Positions 19,370 through 30,800 of a DNA stretch of 64,000 bases are shown in pieces. The stretch comes from Verrucomicrobiales bacterium. GTDB lineage: Bacteria > Verrucomicrobiota > Verrucomicrobiia > Verrucomicrobiales > V1-33. Within the stretch, counting starts at the first letter, position 1. Every line of letters begins with the position of its first letter. The notes beneath the pieces were generated by a model. It saw nothing but the letters and a program-made list of their open reading frames with translations, ran no database searches and was not told the origin of the DNA. Location of the stretch: positions 19,477 through 83,476 of the forward strand of contig JANOAV010000059.1 in NCBI GenBank assembly GCA_031411295.1, given 5' to 3'. The translations under genes were made by a program, and so were the position numbers.

Positions 19370-21322
19370 ATGAATCCCATCAATCGACGCACCGCCATCA
19401 AATTTACCGCTGCCGGAGTCAGCGCTCTCGCGCTCAACCCAGACGCGTCTCCAGCCGCGGACGCCGCACAACCATTTGGCACCGAGTTCCCGGAACTCGA
19501 CTCCCTAGCCACTGGCGAGTGGTGGAACCATGCTGCGGCCGCCATCGGCAAGGGCAAAGGCAAAGATCGGGACCAGTCGGTGCCAATGAATGTGCCGCGC
19601 GATCAAGTCGTAGCCTTTGCGATCTACACCCAGCACAACGGCGTGATGAAGATGACGGCTCAACTGTATCCCTTGAAGCCAACCGAAGCTCGCGAAGCAC
19701 GACTGGAAGTGCAGCGCGAAGGTGCGTGGGTCGAGATCGCAAAATCTGAAGTCCTCTACCCCGGCTGGGATGCTCATTTCCGCGTGGAGCCATGGGACGC
19801 CACGAAAGACGTCGCCTACCGAGTGCGTCATGGGGAGCAGGCGATGTTCGACGGTGTGATCCGCCGGGACCCGTCGGACAAGGATGAGATCGTCATTGCT
19901 AACATGTCCTGCAACTCCAGTCGCACTGTGGGCCTGCGGCCTGAGATCATCGATAACCTTAAATTACAAAATCCGGACCTGTTGTTCTTTGCAGGAGATC
20001 AAACCTATCGCCACACCGAACACACCGCAGGCTGGATCGAATTCGGCCTGCAGTTTCGCGAAATCATGCGCGATCGTCCAACCATCTGCATTCCCGACGA
20101 TCACGACGTGGGCCACGGAAATCTCTGGGGAGAAAATGGCAAACGCTCTTTCCTTCCGGGAGATGCCGATGGCGGCTATCGCTATCCCGTCGAGTATGTC
20201 AACCAAGTGCAGCGCCAGCAATCGTGGAATCTGCCAGACCCCGTGGACCCAGCGCCGGTCGAGCGCGGGATCACCGTCTATTTCACGCGCCTAACTATTG
20301 GCGGACTCGATTTCGCCATCATCGAAGACCGTAAATTTAAGAGCGGCCCGGCCGGCAAGATTCCGCAGATGGGGCCGCGTCCAGATCACATCAACGATCC
20401 TGCTTATGATCCGAAGACGGTCGATTTGCCCGGTCTGCAACTCCTCGGAGAGCGTCAGGAAAAGTATCTTCACACTTGGGGTCAGGACTGGTCAGGCGGG
20501 GCGCAAATGAAGTGCGTCCTGTCCGCCACCGCTTTCTGTGGGGCCGTCCACATGCACGGCAAACGCGATGCTCGACTGCTGGCAGACCTCGATTGCAACG
20601 GTTGGCCGCAAACGCCACGCAATCGCGCCCTCGAAGAAATCCGCCGCGCCTCGGCCGTGCATCTTTGCGGTGATCAGCATCTCGCGGTCGTCGTCAAAAA
20701 CGGCATCCGCGAGTTTGGTGACGGCCCCTATACCTTCACCAGTCCCGCCCTCGTCAATACTACTTACGGCCGCTGGTGGCATCCCCTGGATGAAAAGTCC
20801 GGTCCCAATCCCGTAGCCGGAAGCCCACTGCCATGGACCGGAGATTTCCACGATGGCCTCGGCAATAAACTCAGCATGCTGGCCTATGCCAACCCGCCGG
20901 ACATCACCAACGAGAAGCAGCGGGCCGACGGTTACGGTCTCGTCCGTTTCCATAAAAAGAAGCGCACCATCACCTTCGAGTGCTGGCCACGCTTCAGCGA
21001 TGCGAAGCAGGGAGATAAAGCCCAATTCCCCGGCTGGCCCATCACCGTTGCCATGGAGGCCAACGACGGACGCAAGGTCGCAGGCTGGCTGCCGGAACTG
21101 GTGATCGAAGGAGCAGAGAACCCCGTCGTGCAAGTCATTGCAGAAGCCACGGGCGATATCCTCTACACCACCCGCATTCAGGGAAATCGCTTCCAACCCA
21201 AAGTTTACACCACTGGCAACCACACCGTAAAGATCGGACGCGACCAACCTGACGCCCACACGCTCACGAGCCTGAAGCCAAAGCCCAAGTCCGACGCCGG
21301 CCACTTGGCCGTGAAGCTCTAA
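19370..21322 (+). CDS. Tat-exported PhoD-like metallophosphoesterase
   Basis: NRRTAIKF twin-arginine leader; GDQTY, PDDHD, GDQH metal-binding motifs. Confidence 0.75.
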   Translation: MNPINRRTAIKFTAAGVSALALNPDASPAADAAQPFGTEFPELDSLATGEWWNHAAAAIGKGKGKDRDQSVPMNVPRDQVVAFAIYTQHNGVMKMTAQLYPLKPTEAREARLEVQREGAWVEIAKSEVLYPGWDAHFRVEPWDATKDVAYRVRHGEQAMFDGVIRRDPSDKDEIVIANMSCNSSRTVGLRPEIIDNLKLQNPDLLFFAGDQTYRHTEHTAGWIEFGLQFREIMRDRPTICIPDDHDVGHGNLWGENGKRSFLPGDADGGYRYPVEYVNQVQRQQSWNLPDPVDPAPVERGITVYFTRLTIGGLDFAIIEDRKFKSGPAGKIPQMGPRPDHINDPAYDPKTVDLPGLQLLGERQEKYLHTWGQDWSGGAQMKCVLSATAFCGAVHMHGKRDARLLADLDCNGWPQTPRNRALEEIRRASAVHLCGDQHLAVVVKNGIREFGDGPYTFTSPALVNTTYGRWWHPLDEKSGPNPVAGSPLPWTGDFHDGLGNKLSMLAYANPPDITNEKQRADGYGLVRFHKKKRTITFECWPRFSDAKQGDKAQFPGWPITVAMEANDGRKVAGWLPELVIEGAENPVVQVIAEATGDILYTTRIQGNRFQPKVYTTGNHTVKIGRDQPDAHTLTSLKPKPKSDAGHLAVKL

Positions 21323-21860
21323 AATTTGGGTTACCCCACCTGGGTCATACTGTGGGCTCGACTCTCAAGATGTGCAGGGTGACATAGTTGTCTCACAACG
21401 GATGGCGAAACCCAATGGGGAGGTCGCGAGGGCCCGCCAACGGCCCGCGGTGTTCGCCTGTCGCGCGAATTATCGATCGCAAGCAGGGCGATGCAACTTT
21501 TCTGTTACCATCAATATTGACACTGCAGCGGACTGCTGTGGTGCGAGTAAGCGAACGTTTCGACACTGTCTTTATTATCACAGTGGAAATATTGCGAGAG
21601 CGAGTCGCAGCAGCCATAGGAGGCCTGTGCCAGCACTGATTGCAGGCACATTGTTTGATTCACTAACTCCTAATCGCAATGTTTAAATCGTCCTTAAGCT
21701 GGAAAAAAAGACTACCGAGCGTCTTATGCCCGAACTGGGCGGCCCTCTATGCACCGTTTGAATTAGCGCAATCCCTAATCGTATGCCGATCGAGATCGGG
21801 ATGCTCTCTTTCTTCCAATTTCGCCCCCAACTCAATTTCACACTAACCCACCACCAACCC

Positions 21861-24800
21861 ATGCTTAAAAACCTACTCCAATTGCGTCATTGGATTTCCC
21901 GAGAGGCTAGTTCGCTAGTTTCTGGGGTTCTCAATTGCCTTCCCAAACCACGCGTGGCGGTCGCTTGTGCGGCTGCTCTGACCGCTACCACGGCTTATTC
22001 GGCTCCTCCGGTGCCGGTCAGCTACTCCATCGCAGGTGCTAATTACACTCAGGACTTTAATACGCTGGTTTATACCAGTGGCACGGCGGTCAATGGTGGA
22101 GCCACAGCTACCATTGGAAATGCTGCAGGAAATCCCACGACGGCTACCGCATTCAATGTCACGGCCTACGGTGCGGATGCTCCGTGGCTGATTTCTGACA
22201 CCACAATTGGCGCTGGCGGCAAAGCTTTCGGTTCTGGCTTGGCCGGCTGGTATGGTTCCGGTTCTGTCAAATCTCAGATCGCTGCCAATGAAGGCAGTCA
22301 GTCCACGGGCGGTTTAGTCAGCTATGGCGGACTCACGAGTTCGAATCGATCGCTGGGGTTGCTTTGTTCAAGCAGTATTGGAAATGCGGTGTTTGGCTTG
22401 GCGTTGAAAAACGATACCGGCATCACACTGACGCGCATCAACCTGGCCTACACGGCTCAGATGTGGCGCCAGGGGACTTTAAATAAATCTCTGACGTTTG
22501 GATACTTAATAGACAACACCGCCGCTGCCTCTCTTCCCAAGGCTGCGGCCACGGCGGATACCCAAGCCGTCGGCACGACGGCTGTGTCGGCACTGAACGG
22601 CACGGGCTTTGCTCTCGCGGGCACGACCGTGGCGGTGAATGGAAATTTGCCAGCCAATCAACAGGCGAAAAGTGTGGTTAATCTCACCATTCCTAACTGG
22701 GCACCAAACGGAATTCTCTGGCTCACTTGGGATATGCTAGTTGGTGGAAACGGCCATGGTCTCTCTATTGACGATCTCACCTTCAGCGCCACGGAAGTTT
22801 CCAGTAATGCCAATCTCGCTTCGCTGGTGCCCAGCAGCGGCACCCTGAGCCCAGCCTTTGATGCGGCCACCACGACTTACACGGCCAACGTTGCCAACTC
22901 CGTGACGTCCATCACCATGACGCCCACCACCGCTAATGCAGGTGCCACCGTGCAAGTCCGCGTGAACGCTGGCAGCTTCGCCACGGTCACCTCCGGCAGC
23001 GCCAGCGGTCCTCTGGCGTTGATTGCAGGCTCGAACACCGTGGATGTCAAAGTCACTGCCCAAGACACCACCACCGTAAAAACTTACACCACCACCGTTA
23101 CCAGAGCGCTCAGCAGCAATGCAAATTTAAACAGCCTCACACTCAGCACAGGAGCCCTAGCCCCGGTCTTTGATTCTGCTACCACGAGTTATACCACCAA
23201 TGTTGGTAATGCCATTTCCACCCTAACCGTAACTCCAACCGTGGCCGACAACACCGCCACGGTGCAAGTGCGCGTCAATGGTGGAGCCTATACCACCACC
23301 ACTTCCGGCAGCCCTACCGCGGCCTTGAGTTTGAGCGTGGGCGCAAATCCCATCGATATCAAAGTGATCGCTCAAGACGCTAGCGAGAAAGTTTACACCG
23401 CCACCATCACCCGCCAAGCCAGCAGTGACGTGGATCTCGCCAATCTTGTAGTGAGTGCCGGAGCCATTGTCCCAACCTTCGATGCCGGAACTTTGGCGTA
23501 TAGTCTTGCGGTTCCTAACACCGTTACCAGCACCACCGTTACCCCTACGTCCACCAGCGGAACTTCGACGATTACCGTTAATGGAAATACTGTTACCTCT
23601 GGTTCTGCGAGCGCTCCGATCAGCCTCAGCATTGGAACCAACACCATTACAGTCGTCGTGACCGCGCAAGACATGATCACTACACGGACGACGAATGTCA
23701 CGATTGACGTCTTCGTTCCTGCCGCCATCACCACTCAGCCAGTCAATCAAACGATTGCCACAGGAAACACCGCCACGCTAACCGCAGTGGTCATTGGAAC
23801 ACCGATTCCGACTCTCCAATGGTATGAAGGGACTTCCGGGGACACCAGCGCGCCCATCCTTGGCGCTAACTCCAACAGCTACACGACACCTGTCTTGACG
23901 GCTTCCACGAACTACTGGCTGCGCGCCTCCAACGTCGGGGGCAGCGTGGACAGTTCCACTGCCGCCGTAAACGTTACTTTCCCACCAAGCTTCACGACTC
24001 AACCTGCTTCGACGACGATCGTGACCGGGAACAGCACTACTTTAACGGTTGTCGCTACGGGTAATCCCACTCCCACATTGCAATGGTATCGTGGTGCCAA
24101 GGGCGTTACGACCGATCCAGTCGTTGGCGAAACTTCCTCCTCTTTAAATACCGGCGTTCTCACAACAACGACCCGTTACTGGGCTCAAGCCACCAACAGC
24201 CAAGGCACCGCGGACAGCAATGCAGCTACGGTAAACGTCACCGCGCCTGCGGCCATCGTCACTCAACCAGCGGACACCACCTTCGTAACGGGTGCTCGGG
24301 TTGGCCTGCGCGTGGTGGCCTCGGGCGCTCCAAACCCCACTTTCCAATGGTATGAGGGCCTCACGGGCGACATCACCAAGCCCATCAATCCCAGCGGAAC
24401 CTCTGCTGTATTAAATACCGTTCCACTCACTGCCAGCGCATCCTACTGGGTCCGCGTGACGAACAGCACCGGCACGGTGGACAGTGTGACCGCAACTGTG
24501 ACCCCGGTTCCCGTGCCTGATTACAACAGCACCAGCCGCGATATCACCGTGGCCAACACCGGCACTTGGAATCCTGCTGGCGTTACCGTTGGCACCACGC
24601 AATTTGTAAATCTCGGTTTGCAAGGTGTGGGCCGTTTGCCAGCTACTGCCATTGATCCAGCGACTGGAGAATCCCTCGGCTCCGTTTCTGATATGCAAAT
24701 CACTGGCTTCGCCAAAAACGCTGACGGTAGCTACACAGGCTCGTTGCAGACGTTGCCGGACCGTGGCTACAATGCCGGCACGGTGTTCTCAAACTACGCG

Positions 24801-27800
24801 GCCCGGATCAATGCGTTCAATTTCACCTTCACCCCCTACACCGCTTCCGCTCCTACGACCGCGCAAAATCAAATCGCGCTGACCTTCGCAGGCTCCACTC
24901 GTTTCACCTATGACAACGATGCCAACGCAGCTACGCCAGCCGTTTTCACTACAGGCCTGCTTGCTAGTGGTAACACTAGCTTGTTTGGCACGCAGGTTCC
25001 AGCCATTGTAGATCCAAGCACACAGTCTGATGGCACAGTGACTAACCGACTCACCCTCGACTCCGAAGGCCTCGTGTTAGACCGTCGCCCAGGTAAAGCA
25101 GGCAGCGGTTGGCTTGGTGATGAATACGGCGGCTATATTTACCACTTCAATAGCGCCAAACAAATCGACGGCCAACTCCAACTCCCGCAATCATTGGTGC
25201 CACACGCGTTGGTCGATCCGCTCGATCCACTAAACACCGCCACTGCCATCAATTTCAAGGCTGATCCACCGCTCAACGGGCGTCGCATCAACCAAGGCAT
25301 GGAAGGCCTCACGCAAAGCCCAGACGGCACCAAGCTCTTCGGCTTGCTCCAAAGCGCTACGATTCAAGACAGCGGCCCGGGCAATCTCGGTCGCGTCAAT
25401 ACCCGCCTCGTGGTTTACAATGTTGGCAGCTCAGATTTGCCTAACACTCCCGTCGAACAATACGTGATCCAGCTCCCACGTATCGATACGGATGTCGTGG
25501 CTGGCGTTGATCGCGTCGGAGCCCAAAGCTCCATCCTGGCGCTGAACAATCACCAAATCCTGATTCTCTCACGCGATGGCAATGGCCGTGGGTCAGCTGG
25601 AAGCCCAGTGTTTAAATCCATTCTGCTCGCAGAGTTGGATGGCGCGACGAACATCGGTGCCAGCTACGACAACGAAGGGGATAAAATTTCCCCTGCTGGC
25701 ACGCTCCTCCCAGCGATCACTCCGGTGAGCTGGAAAGAAGCACTGAACTTGATCGGCAAGCTCGACCTCAACATTTCTGAAGTCGCTAAATTTGGTTTCA
25801 ACTTCAATGCCGATGCTGCCAGCGACATCAATTCCATCTGCGAAAAATGGGAAAGCCTCGCGCTCGTCCCTGCGAATGATCCGGCCAATCCTAACGACTA
25901 CTTCCTCTTCGTAGGCAACGACAACGATTTCCTAACCGGCACGGTCGATCCACTCGACACCGCCCATAAAGGCAAATACCTTGACTCCGCTGGCGTGATC
26001 CAATCCTACGGTGTGGGCTTGGAAAATGACACCATCGTCCTCGCTTACCGCGTCCGCATCATCGCTCCAGAAGTAGGCGCACCAGTCGTCGCCACGACTT
26101 TCCAGGAAACAGCAGTGCAATTGACCCTGGTGGGGAATTCGGGAGATACCTTCAGTATTATTTCTCCTCCTGCGGCTTCACAGGGCACCCTATCCTCCGT
26201 CACTGGTGTTAAAGTGACGTTCACGCCTGCGACAACCTTCCTTGGCTCGGTGACGTTCACCTATCAATCGACCGACGGCATTAACAGTCTGCTGCATAAC
26301 GCCACCGTCACGGTTAATCTTGCGCCTGATCTGACAGTTTATAATGGAGCTACCGTTGCTTCGCCTGTCATTGCGGACGGCAGCAGCACTCCGGTAAACT
26401 TTGCTGAGATCACCTCTGCGGTAACTACCGTAAAAACCTTCACGATTCAGAATACGGGTTCGGTGGATATCACTGGCATTGCCGCGAGTATCCTGGGCGA
26501 TGCCGATTACAGCATCACCACGCCACCCGCCGCGAGCCTGATTCCTGGCGCGACCACAACCGTGGTGGTTACGTTCACGCCATCCACTCCAGGCGCGAAG
26601 ACCGCCACGCTGAATATTGCCAACAGCCTGACAAACGCGAAGAATCCATACAGCTTCGATCTCACCGGAACCGCTGTTGAAGCATCCACCTTCCATTTGG
26701 ACCTGGCCACTGCCACCATTAGCGAAGACGCAGGAACCGTTCCTGTCACAGTCATTCGCGATGGCAACACCGCCACTCCGGTTTCCGTATTCCTGGCCAC
26801 GACCAATGGAACGGCCATTTCCGGAACGGATTACACCGCTGTTAACGAAACGGTGACCTTCACTTCTGGTGAAACCTCCAAAGTAGTCAATGTAGCCCTC
26901 ACCAACCGTCCCGGTGTCCGTGCTGATCGCACCTTTACCGCCACCTTGACGGCGGCAGCCGCCGTGGCCGCTGGACATGCATTGGTTTCGCCAACTGTCG
27001 AAACGATTACCATCACGGAAAGCGAGACCGCTCTGGCCTTTGGTGCCGCCACTGCCTCTGTGCGTGAAGACGCTGGCAAAGTTGTCCTCACCGTCAATCG
27101 CACTGGGGTCACCTCCAGCGCAGTGAGTGCTGAAGTGAGCACCACCAATGGCACGGCCATCAGCGGCACGGATTACACGGGTGTTAGCAGCGTGCTTGTG
27201 AGCTTTGCCGCCAACCAGACTAGCAAAACGATCAACGTGCCCGTAATTAATCGTGCGGGCTATCGCCCGAGCCGGACGTTTACCGCCAGCATGGCAAATT
27301 TGATTGGTGCTATCACCGCCACTCCAAGCACCCAGGCCGTTTCGATCACGGAAGCCGATTCCGCGGCCCGCCTCACTGGTCCGTCCTCCAGCGCCACGCC
27401 CTACTTGGTTCCGCTGCAAAGCGGATACCAAATCACCTCAGTCCTGAGCGTGGGTGATGCCGTTCCGCTAGCTGGTTCCACCACTGGCGAAACCTATCAA
27501 ATGGTCGGCATTCCCGACGGTTTGGGAGCCTATGACAACGGAGACGGCACCGTCACGTTGTTAATGCATCATGAACTCGGGAGCACGCTGGGCGCAGTGC
27601 GCGCTCATGGTGCCGTGGGAGCCTTCATTTCGGAATGGATCATCGACAAGTCTACGCTGCAAGTCAGCTCAGGCAGCGACTTAATGAAACAAATCTATGG
27701 TTGGAACACTACCACGCAAAGTTCCAATTCTACCACCTCAACGGTTGCCTTCACGCGCTTCTGTTCGGCTGATTTGCCTGCTCCTACCGCATTGTATAAC

Positions 27801-30800
27801 CCTGGCACTGGTAAGGGTTCGCAAGTGCGCATCCTCCTTGGTGGAGAAGAAGGTGGTGCCACTGGCTATGCGGTGGCTCACGTGGCATCCGGTCCTGATA
27901 AAGGCAAGAGCTACATTCTTGGTAAATTCAATCTGGCCACCAACGGCTCCGGCATTAATGCCGTGGGCGCTTGGGAGAACCTCATGGCGAATCCCTTCCC
28001 GCAGGATAAAACCATCGTCATGGGCAACAATGACGGTGGCACGGGCATCATGGCCGGCACTGTGAATGCTTACGTAGGCACCAAAACCCTGACTGGCACC
28101 GAGGCGGATAAAGCTGGCCTCACGAACGGCTTGTTGAAATTTGTCAGTGTGGCCGGAAATCCGCTGGAAATCCCTCCAACCAATGCAACGACGCGGGTGA
28201 CTAACATCACAAGCGGCACCCGCTTCAGCCTTAGTAGCGCCAGCGGCACGGTCTTCTCCCGTCCTGAGGACGGAGCTTGGAACCCCGTGAATCCAGCCCA
28301 ATATTATTTCGTGACGACGGATCGTCTCGATAACGTCATGGATGGTCTCGGCACCCAAGTGGGCCGCACGCGGCTCTGGCGCTTGACCTTCGACGATATC
28401 ACCAATCCCGATGCGGGTGGTGTGATTGAGAAACTGGTTGAAGGTGGGGCAGGAAACGATGCCATCATGTTTGACAACCTCTGCGTCACAGATGACGGCA
28501 AGCTCATGCTGCAGGAAGACGTGGGAGGTGCTGCTCACAATGGCAAAATCTGGTTCTATGATCCCGCTACGAACAACCTACAGAAGGTGATCGGCCATGA
28601 CGTAAGCCGCTTCGGAAATGTTGTCGGTGGAGTGGTAACTCCTGCGACCGCACCATTTAACAACGATGAAGAGTCCTCCGGCATCATCGACATCACCAGC
28701 CTGATGGGCGGAAACGCAGCGCTCGGTGATCGATCCTACTTCACCGTGGATCAAGCCCACTACTCCATTCCTGGAGCCTTGGTAGAAGGTGGACAATTGC
28801 TGATGATTCGCCAACTAGCGGCCACGCAATTGGCGGGCTCATCCGCGTCGCCTTATGTGCAGCCAGTTGATCCCACGATTCAGACGCGTTCACTGCTAAC
28901 GGTCGGAGACGCGGTGCCACTAACCGGCACTACCACAGGCGAGACCTATCAAATGAGCGGCATCCCCGATGGTCTTGGCGCTTACGACAATGGCAACGGA
29001 ACCTTTACCCTGCTGATGAATCACGAACTGGGTAGCACCGTGGGGGTCACTCGGGCGCATGGAGCCATTGGAGCCTTCATTTCCGAATGGGTGATCGATA
29101 AATCAACGCTGGCGGTGCAATCCGGCAGTGATTTGATCAAGCAAGTCTATGGCTGGAATTCCACTACGCAGGCCTCGGACGCTGCTCCCGGAACCTACGT
29201 CTTGAACCGCTTCTGTTCTGCTGATCTTCCTCCCACGACGGCGTATTACAACGCTACGTCCGGCCTGGGCACGCAAGATCGTATCTACATGGCTGGGGAG
29301 GAAGGTGGCAGCAATGGTTGGGCGTTTGCCAACGTGGCGAGCGGTCCTGACAAAGGTAAGAGCTACATTCTGGGTAAATTTAACCTCACCACGAATGGTA
29401 GCGCAACCTCCGTCATGGCTCCCGTGCAAGCTACCGTAAGCCTGGCCAGCCTCACCAGTCCATCCGTGACCCTGGCCAGTGTGCCAGTGGCATTGGCTCC
29501 TGGCGCGCAAATGCTGGGTGCTACCGTGTTGGTCATTAACCCAACCACCAAGGTCGTTACGCTCAGCGGCAACGCGAATGCGGCCATCTCCACTGACACC
29601 TTGGTGAGCTACACGCTCTCCGGAGTTGGTGCCTGGGAGAACCTCCTGGCCAATCCTCATGCACAGGATCTCACGGTGGTTGCAGGCTGCAACGACGGTG
29701 GCACTGGTATCATGAACGGAGCCATCACCATCTACCAAGGCACCAAGACAAATACTGGCAATGCAGCGGACAAAGCAGGTCTGAACAATGGCAGCCTGAA
29801 GTTCGTTAAGGTCACGGGCATTGCTGCGGAAATCCCCACGGCCAATGCTACGACCCGCAACACGGACATCACCAGTGGCACGCGCTTCACCTTGGAGACC
29901 AATGTTTCCACGGCGTTCTCCCGCCCTGAAGACGGCAGCTGGAACCCGATGAATGATCGCGAGTTCTTCTTCGTCACCACGGACCGCATTGATACTGTGA
30001 ATGACGGCGTGGGAACGCAAGTTGGCCGCACTCGTCTGTGGAAGCTGACGTTTGATGACATCACCAACCCCGATCTCGGCGGCACGGTGGATCTTATCCT
30101 CACGGGCGGGGTCGGCAACGACGCGGTCATGTGGGATAATATGACCATCACGACTGACGGCAAATTCCTGCTCCAGGAAGACGTCGGTGGCGCTGCTCGC
30201 AATGGCAAGATCTGGTTCTACGATCCAACGACAGCGGTGCTGAAGAAGCTCGCGAAACATGATGCGGCTCGCTTTGGCGACATCGTGGGAGGCGTTGTGG
30301 TTCCTGCCACGCTGCCCTATAACAATGACGAGGAAACTTCCGGCATCATTGAAGTCAGCAGCCTGCTGGGTGCTGCCCCAGGTGAGCGGTTGTATCTCTT
30401 TGTAGATCAAGCGCACTACACCACTGGCATCGCTCCTAACTTGGTCGAAGGCGGTCAACTACTATTCATGCGTCAACAACCGCTGAACACCGCAGTCGCT
30501 CCAGTGGCTACGTTTGCCTCGGCAGTAACCATCGAAGAAAGCACCACACCAGTGGAAGTGACTTTGAACGCAACAGATGCCAATGGTGATGCCCTCACCT
30601 TCAGCATCGTGACGCCTCCAAGCGCGCTGCAAGGCACCATTGGCCCAGTCGTTGGCAACAAAGTGATGTTTACCCCGACGCCTAATTTCAGTGGCGTGGC
30701 GGAATTCACGTTCAAGGCCAACGATGGCGCACTGGACAGTAATCTCGGCACTGCCTTCGTGGCTGTGCTGGATATCAATGATACCCCAACGCTGGATGTC

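Noticed and set aside
21655..21700. Possible Pho-box half-sites upstream of the giant gene
   Set aside because: Irregular spacing (11, 13, 11) and poor match to consensus.
29403..29621. Intein or intron as the explanation for the PhoX insert
   Set aside because: No Cys/Ser...His-Asn splice termini, too short, and reads as an ordinary in-frame beta-rich segment.
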